NCBI GenBank assembly: GCA_001643675.2
Contig: LSRY02000014.1
Span: forward strand, 1,736,001 to 1,800,000
Length of the DNA: 64,000 nt
Reading direction: 5' to 3'
From: Monocercomonoides exilis PA203
Taxonomy: Eukaryota; Protista; Preaxostyla
Part shown: positions 1 to 13,599 of the stretch, in pieces
Numbering within the stretch: position 1 is the stretch's first letter
How the letters are laid out: each line of letters opens with the position of its first letter
Translations under genes and position numbers: made by a program
The notes under the pieces: generated by a model
Told to the model about the DNA's origin: nothing
Seen by the model: the letters and a program-made list of their open reading frames with translations, nothing else
The model's database searches: none

Positions 1-878
1 CCTTCCAATCGACACACTTTCCCAGCTCTTCCAGTTCTCCAGCCATTTCCCTCAGAAAATGAAGCTCTTTTGCTGTTTCTATCACAAAGCCCTTGTTGCT
101 CATTATCCTTCGAAACACAAATTTCCAGGCAGACTGATAGGCCAGGCGCGTAAGGTTGCCATGCTGCTGGTGGCGCTTAATGATGTCTGTTATCTTTTCT
201 GAATACAACTCTGTTTCTATTTCCTGCTCATATCCCATTCATATAGGCATTTATGTGCATATGCAAATAGCGTACACACGCATAATAGGGAGAGAGAGAG
301 AAAGAATTTTTTAAAATAAAATAAAATAAAATAAAAAAGTTAAAAATAAATGAATGTTAACAAAGAAGCTAAAATAGTCAAACACTCCAAGCATATATAT
401 TACTTAAAGCCACTAATGACATTTCCACTTCTTTCTGTGTCATCTCATCTGCATCTATCTTTGAAGAAATTGCCAGCAACTTGGAAACATAAAATGTGAT
501 CAAGTCATCTGGTATCTTGTAATTTTCTTCGAAAAGTGTAAGATTGCATTCGCACAGTCTGACAAGAAGCATTTCGTTCTTTTTTTCTTTTCTAACTTCC
601 TCTTCAAGCATCTTCTCCACTCTATCATGCAAAAATGAATATTCAATGTTGGTCGTGTGTGAGCCTTCAAGAATTTTGTTGAATTCTACGCGCGTAATAA
701 GAAAAACTGAATTTTCTAATGAAATTTTATTTTCTTTCATTTTGTCGATTTTGCGAAATAGATTGATTATAGAAATATGCATCAATTCTTTCCTTTTCAT
801 GTGATCCGTAATAGCTAATAGAATAGAAATTATCTGCTGCTGTTCAGTGACTGAAGAACATTTTTGATCAAAAAACAT
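1..878 (-). CDS. Helical 'KEVEMxLxALSNI / HxNLTRLAYQSAW' multigene-family protein, copy A (runs off the window edge); exons 878-384 and 223-<1
   Basis: The ORF 378-878 ends QKEVEMSLVALSNIYAWS. A GTTTGA..GAGCAG intron (383-224) joins it to EIETELYSEKITDIIKRHQQHGNLTRLAYQSAWKF...ELEELGKCVDWK, matching paralogs at 27.9, 33.4 and 35.3 kb. Confidence 0.8.
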
Positions 879-1355
879 TTCTTTGTTTTGTCATAAATGT
901 ATCGATTTCAAAATTTTTATCATTCGCATACCGAAAAACTTTTCTGGTAAAAATGATGGTTGAAAATCTGTATTTACATTGCATCTTTCAAAAAAATGTT
1001 TTTTAATTAAACAATAAATGCATTCTTATTAATTACAAAATCCGAAGGTTATACGTCATTTGTTGATACAAAAATATATAAGACCTGAACAATCAGCATT
1101 ATCATTAAAATTATTGAGATTTTTTCCAATATTTATTACTTTTTTCTTATCAAATAAATCCATTTATGGTTAAAATTATTTCGAAAAATCCATAGGATAA
1201 AACAAAGTTATTTGCATATTAAAAAAAAAAAAGATTTGACGATTTGATTCAAACAAATAATGTTATTAGAAAATATAAAAAAATTTTGTTTTTTTTTTTG
1301 AGAATTCTAATGGTAATACAGATATTGCATAAAATACCGGACATCGCACAAAATA

Positions 1356-1676
1356 CCGGACAAAATCGATTTCTCAATAACTGCAAGAGGAATAATTCTG
1401 ACAATTTTCCTCAAAATATATCTCATCAATACAAACTCATGTGATATACAAGACTTTCAAAATAGCCTTTTTTGTGCTCAGAAAAAAATTATCAAAATCT
1501 CGAAGAAACTCAAATTTCTATTTCTCCGATATTTCAATCATTCATTTTTTCTGAGCTCAAACGAAGCTGTCCTGAAAGTTTTGGATATCAAATGAGTTTG
1601 TATCAATGAGATATATTTTGAGGAAATTTGTCAGAATTTTTCTTCTTGCGGTTATTGAGATATCGATCTTGTCCGG
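1356..1676. mobile_element. Fold-back MITE, TA-flanked (Tc1/mariner/pogo-like ends TA|CCGGAC...GTCCGG|TA)
   Basis: ~135-bp arms (1356-1490 vs 1543-1676) are reverse complements at roughly 85% identity by eye. TA lies on both sides, there is no credible ORF, and an extra TACCGGACA end sits at ~1335. Confidence 0.8.
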
Positions 1677-2345
1677 TATTATTTTCATAATCTGTAATGG
1701 ATAATATTTGCCATTGATTGTTGCATTTTATTCGAAAATTTCAACATGTGATTTATATAAAAATAAAACATTTTTTATTTTTGAACAAAAATTATATCCA
1801 GATAAAAAATCACCCTATTCTGAAAATGAATAAAATTTGATTTTAAAATATAATAATTTCTCGTTTTTCAATAAAAATTCTTGAATTTGATGATATTCGA
1901 AAAACAATGATTTTGTTTATTTCATATGTTTTATTGATGATTAAAACAGGAAAATAATTAACATTTATAAGAAAGATTATAAAAAAAGCATAATTATTTG
2001 AAATCAAAAAACTACAAATTGGTTCTTTTTTTTAATTGTTATTTGTTAACCATTCAACAAAGACTTTTCCAATTGTTGTCTGAATTTCATTAACTTATCA
2101 CAAACACTTGATTTTGAATTGTTTATTATGTATCATTCATTTGAATGATAAACTTTGAGCCAATTTCAAAAGACATATTTATAACTAACTCCCAAAAGAG
2201 ATTTTTTAAAAAAATTTTTATCAATCGTTTTATTAAAGAAATGTTTATGATGAACAGAATCAAAAAAAATTTTGTTTTCAAAAAAAAAAATAAAGCAAAA
2301 TAGAAAAAATAATAAAAATAAAAATAAAATAAAAATTTACAAATG

Positions 2346-2751
2346 TAGTTAGTGTTAATGATGGTGGACACTTTCAATAACTGTGGGCAGTGGTATTATC
2401 TCAACAATCGTTGACAGTTGCATTTCGATAATAAACTCAACTATTCCCTCAATGAATAAGAACATATATGATTAGTTTTAATCACCCAACCAACACAATT
2501 AAATTAAACAGATATTATTTTTTCTTTTCGGAGAAACTCGGAGGATCTAATTTCTCCTTGTTTCAACGAAAATTAAAAATGAATCTTTCTTTATTATTTA
2601 GAGAAAGCTGTTTCATTTTTGTGTGACTTATAAGTTTGTATTCAATAATGGAATAATTGGGTTAATTGTCAAAAAGCAACTTACAATGGTTGTTGAGAAA
2701 ATTCTGCTGTCCACAGTTATTGAAAGTGTCCACCATTATTAACACCAACTA
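2346..2751. mobile_element. MITE with ~120-bp TIRs (TAGTTRGTGTTAATRATGGTGGACACTTTCAATAACTGTGG...), probably TA-targeting
   Basis: 2346-2465 is the reverse complement of ~2630-2751, with a 26-nt exact core ATGGTGGACACTTTCAATAACTGTGG. The interior is non-coding. Confidence 0.8.
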
Positions 2752-3177
2752 TAAAAACAAAGTTTTATGTTTTCAAAAATGAATATGAAAACAGAAAAGA
2801 GAAAACTGTAAAAAAATGTTTATTTGTTATGACAAAAATTTTATTTTCATAAAAAATCATCAAAAAACTCATATTTGGGACGAAATTTTTTGCTTTGTAA
2901 ATTTTGTTCCACTCAACAATTTCTTTTATTTTTCTTAATTTTTACAATTTTCGAAAATTTTTTAACATTTGAATACAAAACTTATTATGATATAATTTCA
3001 GAAAAAGTTTGGTACAAATCTTTATTTTTTCACCAAACCTGAAATTTTATCCCATATTATTTTCACACAAAAATTTGAACCTATTATTAATATTACTTTC
3101 TGTTTTCAAAACATCGTTTTTCTTTTCTAACTCTATCAAAATTTTTTTTTACATTCAACAGACAAGTGAGAATAAAA

Positions 3178-6100
3178 ATGCTAATTGTTTTATTTCGACT
3201 ATATATTTTGTTACAAGGATTCTTTTTTGGTGAATCTTTGAATAAGTGTTTTGATAGAAATGCAAAGAATGATTTCGATTTCCAATATTCACCACAATTA
3301 CATTCTTTTCGTTGTCAAAAAAAAGTGAACTGTCTGGATTATTCATTTTATTTTGAGGCTAAAGATATCGCTCGAAAAGCATATGTGTGTCCATTAAATT
3401 ACAATCAACTGTTTTTCCTTTTCAATTCCTCAATGGATATAATTCATTTGAGCTTGAAATCGTGTTCAAAAACACATTCTTTATGTTGTGATTCACTTTC
3501 ATCGTTGAATATCTTGCGTTTAAGCTTTTTCACATCATCTTCATCCTTGAGTCCAATCATCACATCATCAGGAAAAGTTAATATGTCAGTTATAAATATC
3601 GTTCTTGTGGATCATTCACAAACAATTGGAAACTCGATTGTTCACAGCAACAACTTTGAATCGATTGTTTTTGCTCACTCAACAGTTGAAAACTTTGTTT
3701 TGATGGAATTTGATGGGACAATGTTGTATTCTGGAAAGGTTTCGAACGTCATGATGGAACACTGCCGATTTCAGAACATTTCATGCTCTCATCATCCAAC
3801 CGGCGATTATAATGACAAACCAACATCCAAACGGATTGATATTTCTTCTTCATTTTTCGAAAACTGTATTCAGCCATATTACGGATCAATGGTGGTTCCA
3901 TCCAGCATTTCTTTCATCACTAAAAACTCATCATTCAATACATGCCAAAACAGCGTAATTTTTCCCAACTTATCATATGATGCAAGAGTGACTTTCAACG
4001 AAGGAAACATTTCGTAAGTTAATTGTTTCTTCAAATGCTCATCACCCAATAATTTTGGAGGTGCTTTGAGCCTTGTTGGCGAAGAAATAATCTGCCTTGT
4101 TTTGAGATGCCATTTCAATGAATGCTCTTGTGGAACACCAGATATCAATTGCGATGGTGGATCAATGTACTCCACATTATGCAAAAAAGTGGAAATTTTT
4201 GATTCAAATTGCACAAATTCAAATGCGTCTTTCTGCTGTGGAGGAATCACTTCCAATTCAGATCAACAGTTTTTCATGAATAACTGCTATTTTTTCAATT
4301 GCCACTCTGAATTCTATGCAGCCATTTTGATCGAGCATCCTGATGGTTCTTTTGTTGATTCAACAGTGGTCTCCTCATGCACTGCGACAAATAATGCAGG
4401 AATGTGTTTTTATGCAGCAAATGGAAAAGGATACATCACCGATAGTTATTTTAAAAGCTGTGAATCTGAATGTTGTGGGGCTTTAACTTTCAACAACATT
4501 TATGGTGTCAATCACGATGGAACAATAAAATACTGCTTTTTCAATAGAAATGAGGCAGATGATTCCACACGTGGAAGAGATATCACGCTCATGGAGAGCT
4601 GGATTAATAAAATATCTGATTCAGATGTTGTTGGATGTTATTCAACAAGCAGCTATCCTCGAGTGGTTGATGGCACAAACAACAAGGATTATTGGCTTCC
4701 AGATGCTGTTGTATCTCTCGAAAGTCTTGATGAGTTGTTTGTCTCTTGGCTTAGAGGAGCAGATGAATCTGGCTGTGGATATCGAGCCAGACCTTTCAAG
4801 ACCATCGGATATGCTTGCTCTGAACGGTCAACTCAATATGTAGTTGTTTTCAATGGGCATTACGAAGAAAATATTATATCAGTCAATTCATTCAAAACGG
4901 AATTTATCGGTCACAGATGTGACAATTCGATTGTTCGCTCCATAGATGTGACTTCTGGAAAATCTCTGATTTCAGTGGATAATGGAGAACTTATCATTTC
5001 TTTGTTCACTCTCGTCCACGATTCTTCAACCTCAGCTAGTGGCAGTCTTTTGTCTGTGAATGGAAACAGTATAGTGAAGTTTGAAGGATGTGAGATTCGA
5101 AGCGAGTCCGAAAGTCAGGCACAGCTATTCAGTCGGTCTTTGATTGAAGCAAAAGGTAAATCGACAATAATCATCAACAATTGTTTGTTCAAGCACATTT
5201 GTTTGGAGGATGATCCTTTGATTTCAATGGAATCAGTAAATAATGTTGCTTTTTCAAAATCAGTGTTCGATGGCATTGTGCGAAAGTCAGGAAACGGTTC
5301 GTTGATTGAAGTGACAGTGGACGAGGGTGAGAAATTGATTCTTGTGGATTTCAGGATTCGGAACTGCTCTTGTCTCGATGGAAATGATGGTGCATTGATG
5401 GTGAAGATGAAAGATAGAAGTGAAGTGTCAATAGGCAACAAAAGCTCAAATGAATTCGGAAGTGGTTTCGAACAATGCAAGGCAGATAAAGGAGGAAGTG
5501 AAAGAGGCGTTGGAGGAGGAATCATGATAGACTGCTCTGCTGGAGGGAAGACTTTTGAATTTGGAAGCATCATCTTCACAGGGAATCAAGCAGTGAATAG
5601 AAAGAATGTGTTTGTGATTGCCACAGGGGCTGAAGAGTTGTGCTTTCGTTCAAAGTTTGGCTTTATTCTTGATGAAAATTCACTGGATGAGCTGATGGGA
5701 TTTGAGGAAAGCGAAATAGGGACTGCAATCCCTCTTGTTCTGTTTTGGAAGTCATTTCCTTTGTTCGTGACTGTGAGTGGATCAACTGGCTCTGATCATT
5801 TGAAATGTGGATTTTCAGTGTCTCCATGCAGAACATTACAATATGCTGTCAAGACTCATTTCAGTTCTTCCACAAGAAAAATCAAAATTGTCTCTCCTTT
5901 CAAGTTTGATTGCTCATCAGTTTTTGATTACTGGGGATATGATATTTCTGTTGAAACGAAGGGGACAGTGATTGAGGTTGTTGGGGATTCATCATCTCCT
6001 GAGAATGGATTTATTGAAACAAGAATTGAGACAGACATTTCAAACATATCGTTCTCTCTTCCATCCTCGTTGCCTCAGAGCAAGCCACTTCTGTGCTGCA

Positions 6101-9100
6101 CTTCACATTCGTTGAATATCCTCAATTGTTGTGTCGTTCCATCTGAAAGTAATGTTGTTATTGAATACTGCTTCTGCTGCGATCTCAATGGAACAATGGA
6201 CCTTGATCACTTCGAAGTTTCAGACATGTGTTTTGGTGGCTTTCCTTTCATTTGTGTTTGTGGAGAGAATGCAATAGGAACATAAGATTCTGTTATTCTG
6301 AAAAATGTCACAAGAAATTCAAATGATGGACTGGTTGTAGCCGAGGAAAGAGGATCTTTTTCCATCCAAAACTCAGAGTTTTCATCTTGCACATTGGACA
6401 ATTGCAGTGCCATTTTCAACAAAAATGGAAATTTTGTGAATATCACAAACACTGATTTTCATTCAATAACTCGCCAGAAGCAGAATGGTGCTTGTCTTTG
6501 CATTTCGAGTGAAAACAACTCAGAAGCTGTATCAGTCAATGTTTCTTATTGTGAGTTTTTGAATTGTGGAGTTGAGTCAAAATCAAACGGAGGAGGAGCA
6601 ATTTATGTCTGTTCAGAAGATCAAATCTCATTAGCAGTCGAGCAATGCAGTTTCACTTCATGCCATGCGCCTTGGTCTCAACAAGGCATCACAAAGGATG
6701 GAAGAGGTGGTGCACTATTTCTTGATTTATTTGGCGAGAATCCCTCATTCACAATTGCAGATCACATGTTTTCAGAAAATAAAGCGCAACATGGCAAAAA
6801 CATGTTTCTGAAGGGCAATGATCTGAATTCCACTGTCACAAATGATAAGTTTGCTTTTCAATATGGACAGATGGCGAGTGATGAAACGCTTTTTGTTGGA
6901 AGCGATGCAAATCTGTCAAATACTGATCTTTTCCGATTCCTCATCAAAAATGAGAATGGAACTGTGTTTGTGTCTGAAGATGGGTCTGATGTTTTGAGAT
7001 GTGGAAGCAATGAAGATCCTTGCAAATCCTTTTGGAAAGGGATGAAGCAAATCAAGTCCGATTCTGTTGAAAAGAAAATAAAGACAAAAGGAGAATGTTC
7101 TATCAGAGATGAATTTTTCATTTCCGATTTGGTGATTGAATCATCAACAAGCACAACTAATGAACCTGAGATGAGCAATTTGATGCTTGAGAATGTGTCT
7201 CCTGACAAAAATGTGTTGCTGAACGTTAATCGCAATATGACAATTAATCATGTTCGAATATCCACAAGCTCAGATTTTGTGTGTCTGAATGATGCTCTCA
7301 TTGCCTGCCAAAATGGAAACATCACAATAATGAGTTGCCAGTTCCACTCACTTGCTCCACACACAAATCCTCTTTCAGTTGAATTTGTCCAAATTCTCGA
7401 GGGATGTTTGATGATTCAAGATTTGGAAGTGGAATCAATAAACATTGGGCGAAGCATGATCGTGACTTCCAACAAGGTGAATGTTGAAATTATTGAAATG
7501 AAAATCCAATCAGTGAATCTGGCTGAAGGAAGTCTGATCAATGTTGACCATGTTCCCACAGACGAAAGAAATAAGGAGAAAAAACAGATTCAAATCAACT
7601 CTTCTTCTTTTCTTTCAGTGAACGGAAAGAATGATGAGAGCCGTGTTCTGAGTTGCCTTGACTCCACAAACACGAACATATTCATAGGAACATCGAACTT
7701 TTCTGGATGCCAGTCACCGGAAACACAGAAAGGAGGATGCATTCTCATTAAACTGTGCGAGGATGGAAATTTCCACTTGAAAGAATCCATCGTTGAAATG
7801 TGTGGGTGCTCAACATCAAATGGAAGGGGAGGTGGGCTTTATTTAAGAACAGAACTCGCAGCAAAGCTCAGCATCCAAATTGAACCAATGAAGTTCGAGG
7901 CCAATACAGCCTATGTTGGGAGAGACATATTCATTGAATGCAACGATCTGAACACACAACTGAACGAGACAATGTTCAAAATGGATTTTGATCCGAGCGT
8001 TTTTGTTCATGTGAATGCCATGTCTGGGATTGACAAAAACGAATATTCATCTGAGCCTGTGAACCTTCTCGACTTCATTCTCATTTATCAGTCAGACACA
8101 GTTATTGTGAGCTCAGAACAGAGCAAAGGAGGGAAAGATACAAAGCAATGCCGAACAACTGCTCTTCCTTGTGCCACCATTGGCTACTCCCTCATCCATC
8201 TGACTCATAAAGTGGACAGCAGACTTCTTGTTGACTTGCAGAGTGTGACCAACTGCGAAATCGAACTCTGTGATGTGATCTTGATGTCACGAAAGAAGAC
8301 AGCAGCTGCTATTGAAATAGAAGAAATCACGGAAATGGAAAAGAGATGCATTGTTCAATGTTCGGGTTCGGTTGTTATAAAGCTAATTTCTTTCTGCTTC
8401 CCAACAAAAATAACAACAGCTCACTCCTCATTCTTGTATTCAGAACATGCAGCTCTCTCAATTGAATGTTGTCAATTCTCGGGAAAGACAAGCATTGATA
8501 AATCTCACATTTCATTTGCTCTTGTGGAGCTTGTTGATTCAGAATTGAGTGTTTTTGATCTCTTGATTGAAAACATTTTTGTGGCATATCCTTTTCTGAT
8601 TTGTATTCACTCTTTTTGTGGGAATTTGTCTCTCGGCAAGGTCAGAGTGAATTCTGTTCAAGTCGAAAAGAATATTGTCATTATCGAAGGGAAAGAAAAT
8701 GTTGACACCGATCAAACCAGAGAATCTTTTTATTTTCTCCACTTAAAGTTCGAGAATATCAGCATTTTTGGTGAAGAATCTTCAGTGATAAGTGTTGACA
8801 AATGTGAACATAAAATAGGTTGTGCAAATATATCTGTTGTTCACAAGTGTTGCAAACAAAAAAGGAGGTGCTTTGAAAATGAGTTCATGCCAAAACATTG
8901 CTCTGGATTCATTTTTGTTTGATGGAATTGCGGATGTTAACGATAAATGGGATGAGTCGAATGCTGTGCAGGATGATGTTTGCAGACGGAACGGATCAAT
9001 GGTGGAACTCGAAAACACACCAGCAACAGTGAAAGACACCATCGTATCAAATGCCTCAATTGGAGGGTTGTCTGTGAGAGGCGGAAGCGTTATCATTGAA

Positions 9101-11077
9101 ATGGGGTTGTTCACAAATAACAATCCAAGATTCACAAAATACCCATCTGTGAGAAGAAATATTCTCTGCTCAGATTCTGGAGTGTTGAATGTGATGAGTC
9201 TGAAAGGAGGAGATGGATTGGAGAGAAATACATCGTTGTGGATTTTGAATGAAGGATGTGAATTGGAAGGGACGATTGAGGAGAGAGCATCTCCACTGTT
9301 CATTCCAGTTGTGGAAGAGGCGAGAAATGAGACAGCATCAGATGGGAGAACAATGATCACTTTGATTGGAAGGCTTCTTCTCCCCTGCAATGTTTCGTTG
9401 AAGTTGAGCTTCAGAAATGGAAGGGAAGAGGTGATTGAGAGCTATGGGATTGGTGAAAAGGAAAGTGTGTCAGAGAACGAAATTATTGCAGTTGTTTCAT
9501 CGGCTCAGATGGGAGCAGTGGGAGAAGAGACAGAAGTGTCTGTGAGTGTTCTGTTTGGAAAGAAAGAATCTCCTTCATCGACTGATTCATTTGTTCTGAA
9601 GAACAGAAGCGAAACCCAAGGAAAGGGAGATGACAGAATTGTTGAAGGAGGGAAAGAGGGAAAATCTTATTGGTTGTTGATCGTGATAATCATGGGAATC
9701 GTATTGATAATCGTTCTTGTTGTTTCCATCATTCTGGCCATTCGGTGGAAGAAGGTAAAGAATGAAGCAGAAGATCTGAGAGAGATTGTGAATGACAACA
9801 TCAGAAAAGATCCGAAGGCATTTGAGATGGTGACGATGGAGATGTCGCCTGAGGAGCAGTGGAGGAGAGCAGAGAGGGAGGCAGAGAAGAAGAACGATGA
9901 GAGGATAAAGAAGAGGGTGTATGAGAGGAATATGGAACATTCGGAGTCATCAGAACATCTTCTGTCTGAAAGTGGATCGACTGAATACATCTTGGGGAGA
10001 GATTCAGACAAGATCTTAGAATGGGCATTGGAGAAAGTTGATGAAAAAGAAGAGGAAACAAGGAAGAGAACACCTTCACCTTCCATTTCATCCATCTCAT
10101 CCACTTCAACAACTGATTCAGATTCCACTTTTGTTCGTGGGGAGGATTTGTGCCCCACAACCTCATCGATGTCGAATCTGGTGGATGCAATGGCCTGCTC
10201 ATCGCCTCATGAGAAGCTGATTGTGGATTTGAGGGATTCGCTGTTCATGCTGCTTCATGGGAGGAATGAGAAGAAGGAGATGGCGATTGGGAGTTTGAAG
10301 GAGAGGGAACAGACAGCTGCACAGATCCTGTTCTGGGTGGCGAATGGAGCACTGCATACATTTGATGAAGAAAAGGAATTGCCATCGCTGGCCAATCTGA
10401 GTCCTCACATTGTGCTGTTCTCAGAGCACATGGTGATCTGCATTGCCCTCCACTCCGACTGCTCATCTTCAGACGATTCCGATTCATCATCCATCTGTTC
10501 GATGTCCATGGTTTCTTCATCCTCGTCAAATGTTTCAGTGATGAGCGAGAGATTCACCGACTCACCACCACGTTCATCAGCGTTTGAGGATTGTGAAGAC
10601 AACAGGAAGGAGTGTCTGAGGTGGAAGGCACCCGAGCTGCAGATGAACAAGAAGATGGGAGAAACAAAGGAGTCAGTGGCATTCTCGATTGGGATGATGG
10701 TGTGGGAGTGTCTGACACTGGATATCCCGTTTGGAGAATACGAGGCAGAGGTGGCAGGAGATAAGATATCGAAAGGGGAGAGGCCGAATGTTGAGAAGAT
10801 CCGAGGGAGTGAACTGTATGAGGTTGTTTGGTCATCGATGGGAAAGGACTGGAACGATCGTCCGACACTGAGCGAGATGAAGCGGGAGTTTTATGGGCAT
10901 TTCCCGGCAGGGGCTGTGATTGTGACGATGTCGGATGCGATCTGTGAAAGGGGTGGGGAGAGCACGAGAGAGGGGGAAGGCAGTTTTGCGAGTGGGGAAG
11001 AAGGCTATTCGACAGTTTTTGAGAACACATCAGAGACAACAAAGAAGACAGAAAAGCAGGAGATGAAAGAGCGGTGA
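3178..11077 (+). pseudogene. Disrupted giant receptor-like gene: signal peptide, four Cys-capped beta-helix-like modules, TM helix, TKL-like pseudokinase
   Basis: ORFs 3166-4017, 4066-6285 and 6394-8922 are in one frame, separated by single TAA codons (4015, 6283) with coding-like sequence straight through. A frameshift at ~8820-8850 leads into ORF 8822-11077. The whole is colinear with the intact paralog at 45182-54265. Confidence 0.85.
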
Positions 11078-11445
11078 AAGTGAGATGGAAAAGGGGAATG
11101 TGAAACAAAATAAAAAGAGAGAGAGATCAAAGGAGAATGTGATATATCTTTGCATCGAAGAATCAGTGGGAGTGCTTGTGAGATGTGTTTTGTAATTTGG
11201 TTGTGGTTTTTTCTTTTTCAAAGGATAAGTGGATATTGATAATTTGTTGAAAAGAAGAGTTTGTTTTATTTGGGATGGAAGTGATTTGATGATCACAATC
11301 AGCTGCTCACATCTCAAAGGATGATTGTTGCCATTATTCGAAAACGAAATGAGGAGCAACAATTGCTTGAGGAAAGATGAGCAACTGACGGTTTTGTTCT
11401 TTTTATTATTTATGTTTGCGATTTGGATAAAATGTCAATTTGTTT
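9521..11445 (+). repeat. Direct repeat, copy 1 of a ~1.9-kb near-identical 3' block (juxtamembrane, cytoplasmic tail and ~370 bp 3' flank)
   Basis: Aligns to 52709-54632 at offset 43188 through the stop codon. Nearly base-for-base identical from ~10.7 kb through the non-coding flank. Confidence 0.95.
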
Positions 11446-13599
11446 TTGAATATTTTTTTTTCCTTATTTAAATTCAATTTGAAAAACGAGTTGTGAAACT
11501 GAAATCACAATAAATAATCCACATACATATTTGTCCACATCACATCTATCCGTTTACAAATATTTTTGAATTGTGAAACATTTATCAAAAAATTGAAAAC
11601 AAATTATAACTGAAAATTCGATATAAAAGCTGAAATATGATTTTTTCAAAACTATTCAATTCGCCTTTTACATGAAATGTGATTTTCTTCAACGAAAAGA
11701 AGAATTCTTGCTTTTAAAGTCGAAGAATATAAACCAATTATTGCGAAATGGAAAAGCATCATTTCTGAGCAAACATTTTCAATGGATTCACCAAAAAAAT
11801 AATTTATGTGTATAATTCTTGTGCATGGAATCTTTATTGTTGCATGCTTTTATTGGATTATCAGTGATTTGAAAATACAATTTTGTAATAATTATATTTC
11901 ATCACTATCGAGGATTTTTTAACTCATTTTTTGTATTTTTATACAGAAAATTCGTTGATGAAAGACAACACATTTTCATTTGTGAAAAATGGAGCTGTTT
12001 GTTGAAAATAAAGTTATTTTTATTGTTTGAAATCTTTTTTCTTTGTTTGAATTCAATAATCCTTTTCAATTCTATTTGTGTATCATCCTTTTTGTATTCG
12101 AGTTATTTTTGAAAAAGAAAACTGTAAATACTGAAAAAGATTCACAAACAACGATAATTAAAAACATTTGAAAATTGAAATTATTAGGAAGAACGATTTT
12201 GAGGAACAACTGAACCTCATTCTTGAATTAACAAAGAAAAATACTTTTATTGTTTATCAATTTTGACTTTTTATTCTCTGATATTGATTTATTGAAAATG
12301 ATCCTTCTTTCGCACATTCCTTGTTAGGCATTGAGTTTATTGGCTTTATTTTCTTTTTCATCACACATTAACTTTTTAAAAAACCATGATACATTTTGTA
12401 TATGGGACAAAATATTTCACCTCAGGCATTTTCACTGAAAAATACTGCACTTTTCATTGACTTTTTGATATCAAAAATCGCAATAAAAATGGGTCCATTT
12501 TTTGACATTCGTGAATTGTTGGAAAACTTAATGTTTTGATTACAACGATGCCTGTTCACGGATCTGAAAATCAATTTTATTTTGAAATCTAAGAAAGCGA
12601 AATAAAGTTATGAGTGAAACAAAGATTCAATGCTTTGTGCATAAAAAGCTTGAAAGTCCGAATTTTCCACCATATAAGAATTCACATTTTTTTTCAGAAG
12701 TGTTGATTTTTCAAAAGTTTCATATCTTTGGAGAGAAATTATTCTTTCAAAAGAAAAAAAGCATGATATTTGTTGAAAGCAAACATGTTTAAGATTATAT
12801 TCATTCAAAAATTGTCCTTGAAAAAAGTTTTCACTTTTCATTGTTTATTTTTCAATATTCTAAGTGAATTCTCAAACAGAAAATTTTGATAGAAAGATGA
12901 TTATTTCAAAAATAATCACCCTATTATTTTTCTGAAACATTTTCGCTCCTCATTCCTTTTTCGGTAAGTGGGTGATTTTTTTTGACACCAAAAAAAAAGA
13001 TCAAAAGTCTAAAAAAAAAATCAATTGTGCCATTTTTTGATCAAAGAGTTAAATCAAATTTTATACAAGCATTAGCTTTTATTTCAGTCGTATATATTTG
13101 TTTTATTTCCTTATGCAAAAAAACATACCTCTTTTATGTTTTTTAATGAAAGAGAATTTTTTGATCAAGTTTTTTAAAAATTAACAAAAAATAAACGAAT
13201 AAAACTTCAGGAAAAAAGTAGAAGATTCAGGACTAACTTTACAATACTGATAATAGGAAAATAAAAACAAAATACATTGGAAAAGTTTGATATTAGAAAA
13301 AAAAAATATTTTTTTGATTTTCAAAAAAAGAGAACTGTTAGATATCTTTAATTTCTTATGATTTAACATCACAAAATCATCATTCCAGCTTTGTAGCTCA
13401 GCTTCAACAGTAAAACAAAATTGAAAACTGTGGAAAAGGAAATGTTTCTAAGAATAACAATTGATTTAATTTCGTTATCTCTTTCTATTCACCTGATTAT
13501 TTGGCGTTCAAACTTTCTTCTCCATCTCCTTTGTTCTTCATCCAATAATTTCCATTATTGTTTCTTTCACATTCTCATTCCACATACACCCTCTGTCGC

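Noticed and set aside
4015-6285. TAA/TAG reassigned to Gln (as in some oxymonads and diplomonads) to explain the in-frame TAA codons
   Set aside because: The 3067-codon paralog has many Gln and no in-frame TAR, and the other long ORFs are also TAR-free. The broken gene also has a frameshift. Standard code plus pseudogenisation fits better.
11500-12850. Possible decayed transposase in AT-rich DNA (similarly 25.7-27.8 kb, 29.9-30.9 kb and 43.2-45.0 kb)
   Set aside because: Only short coding-like patches, with no recognisable catalytic motif or terminal repeats.
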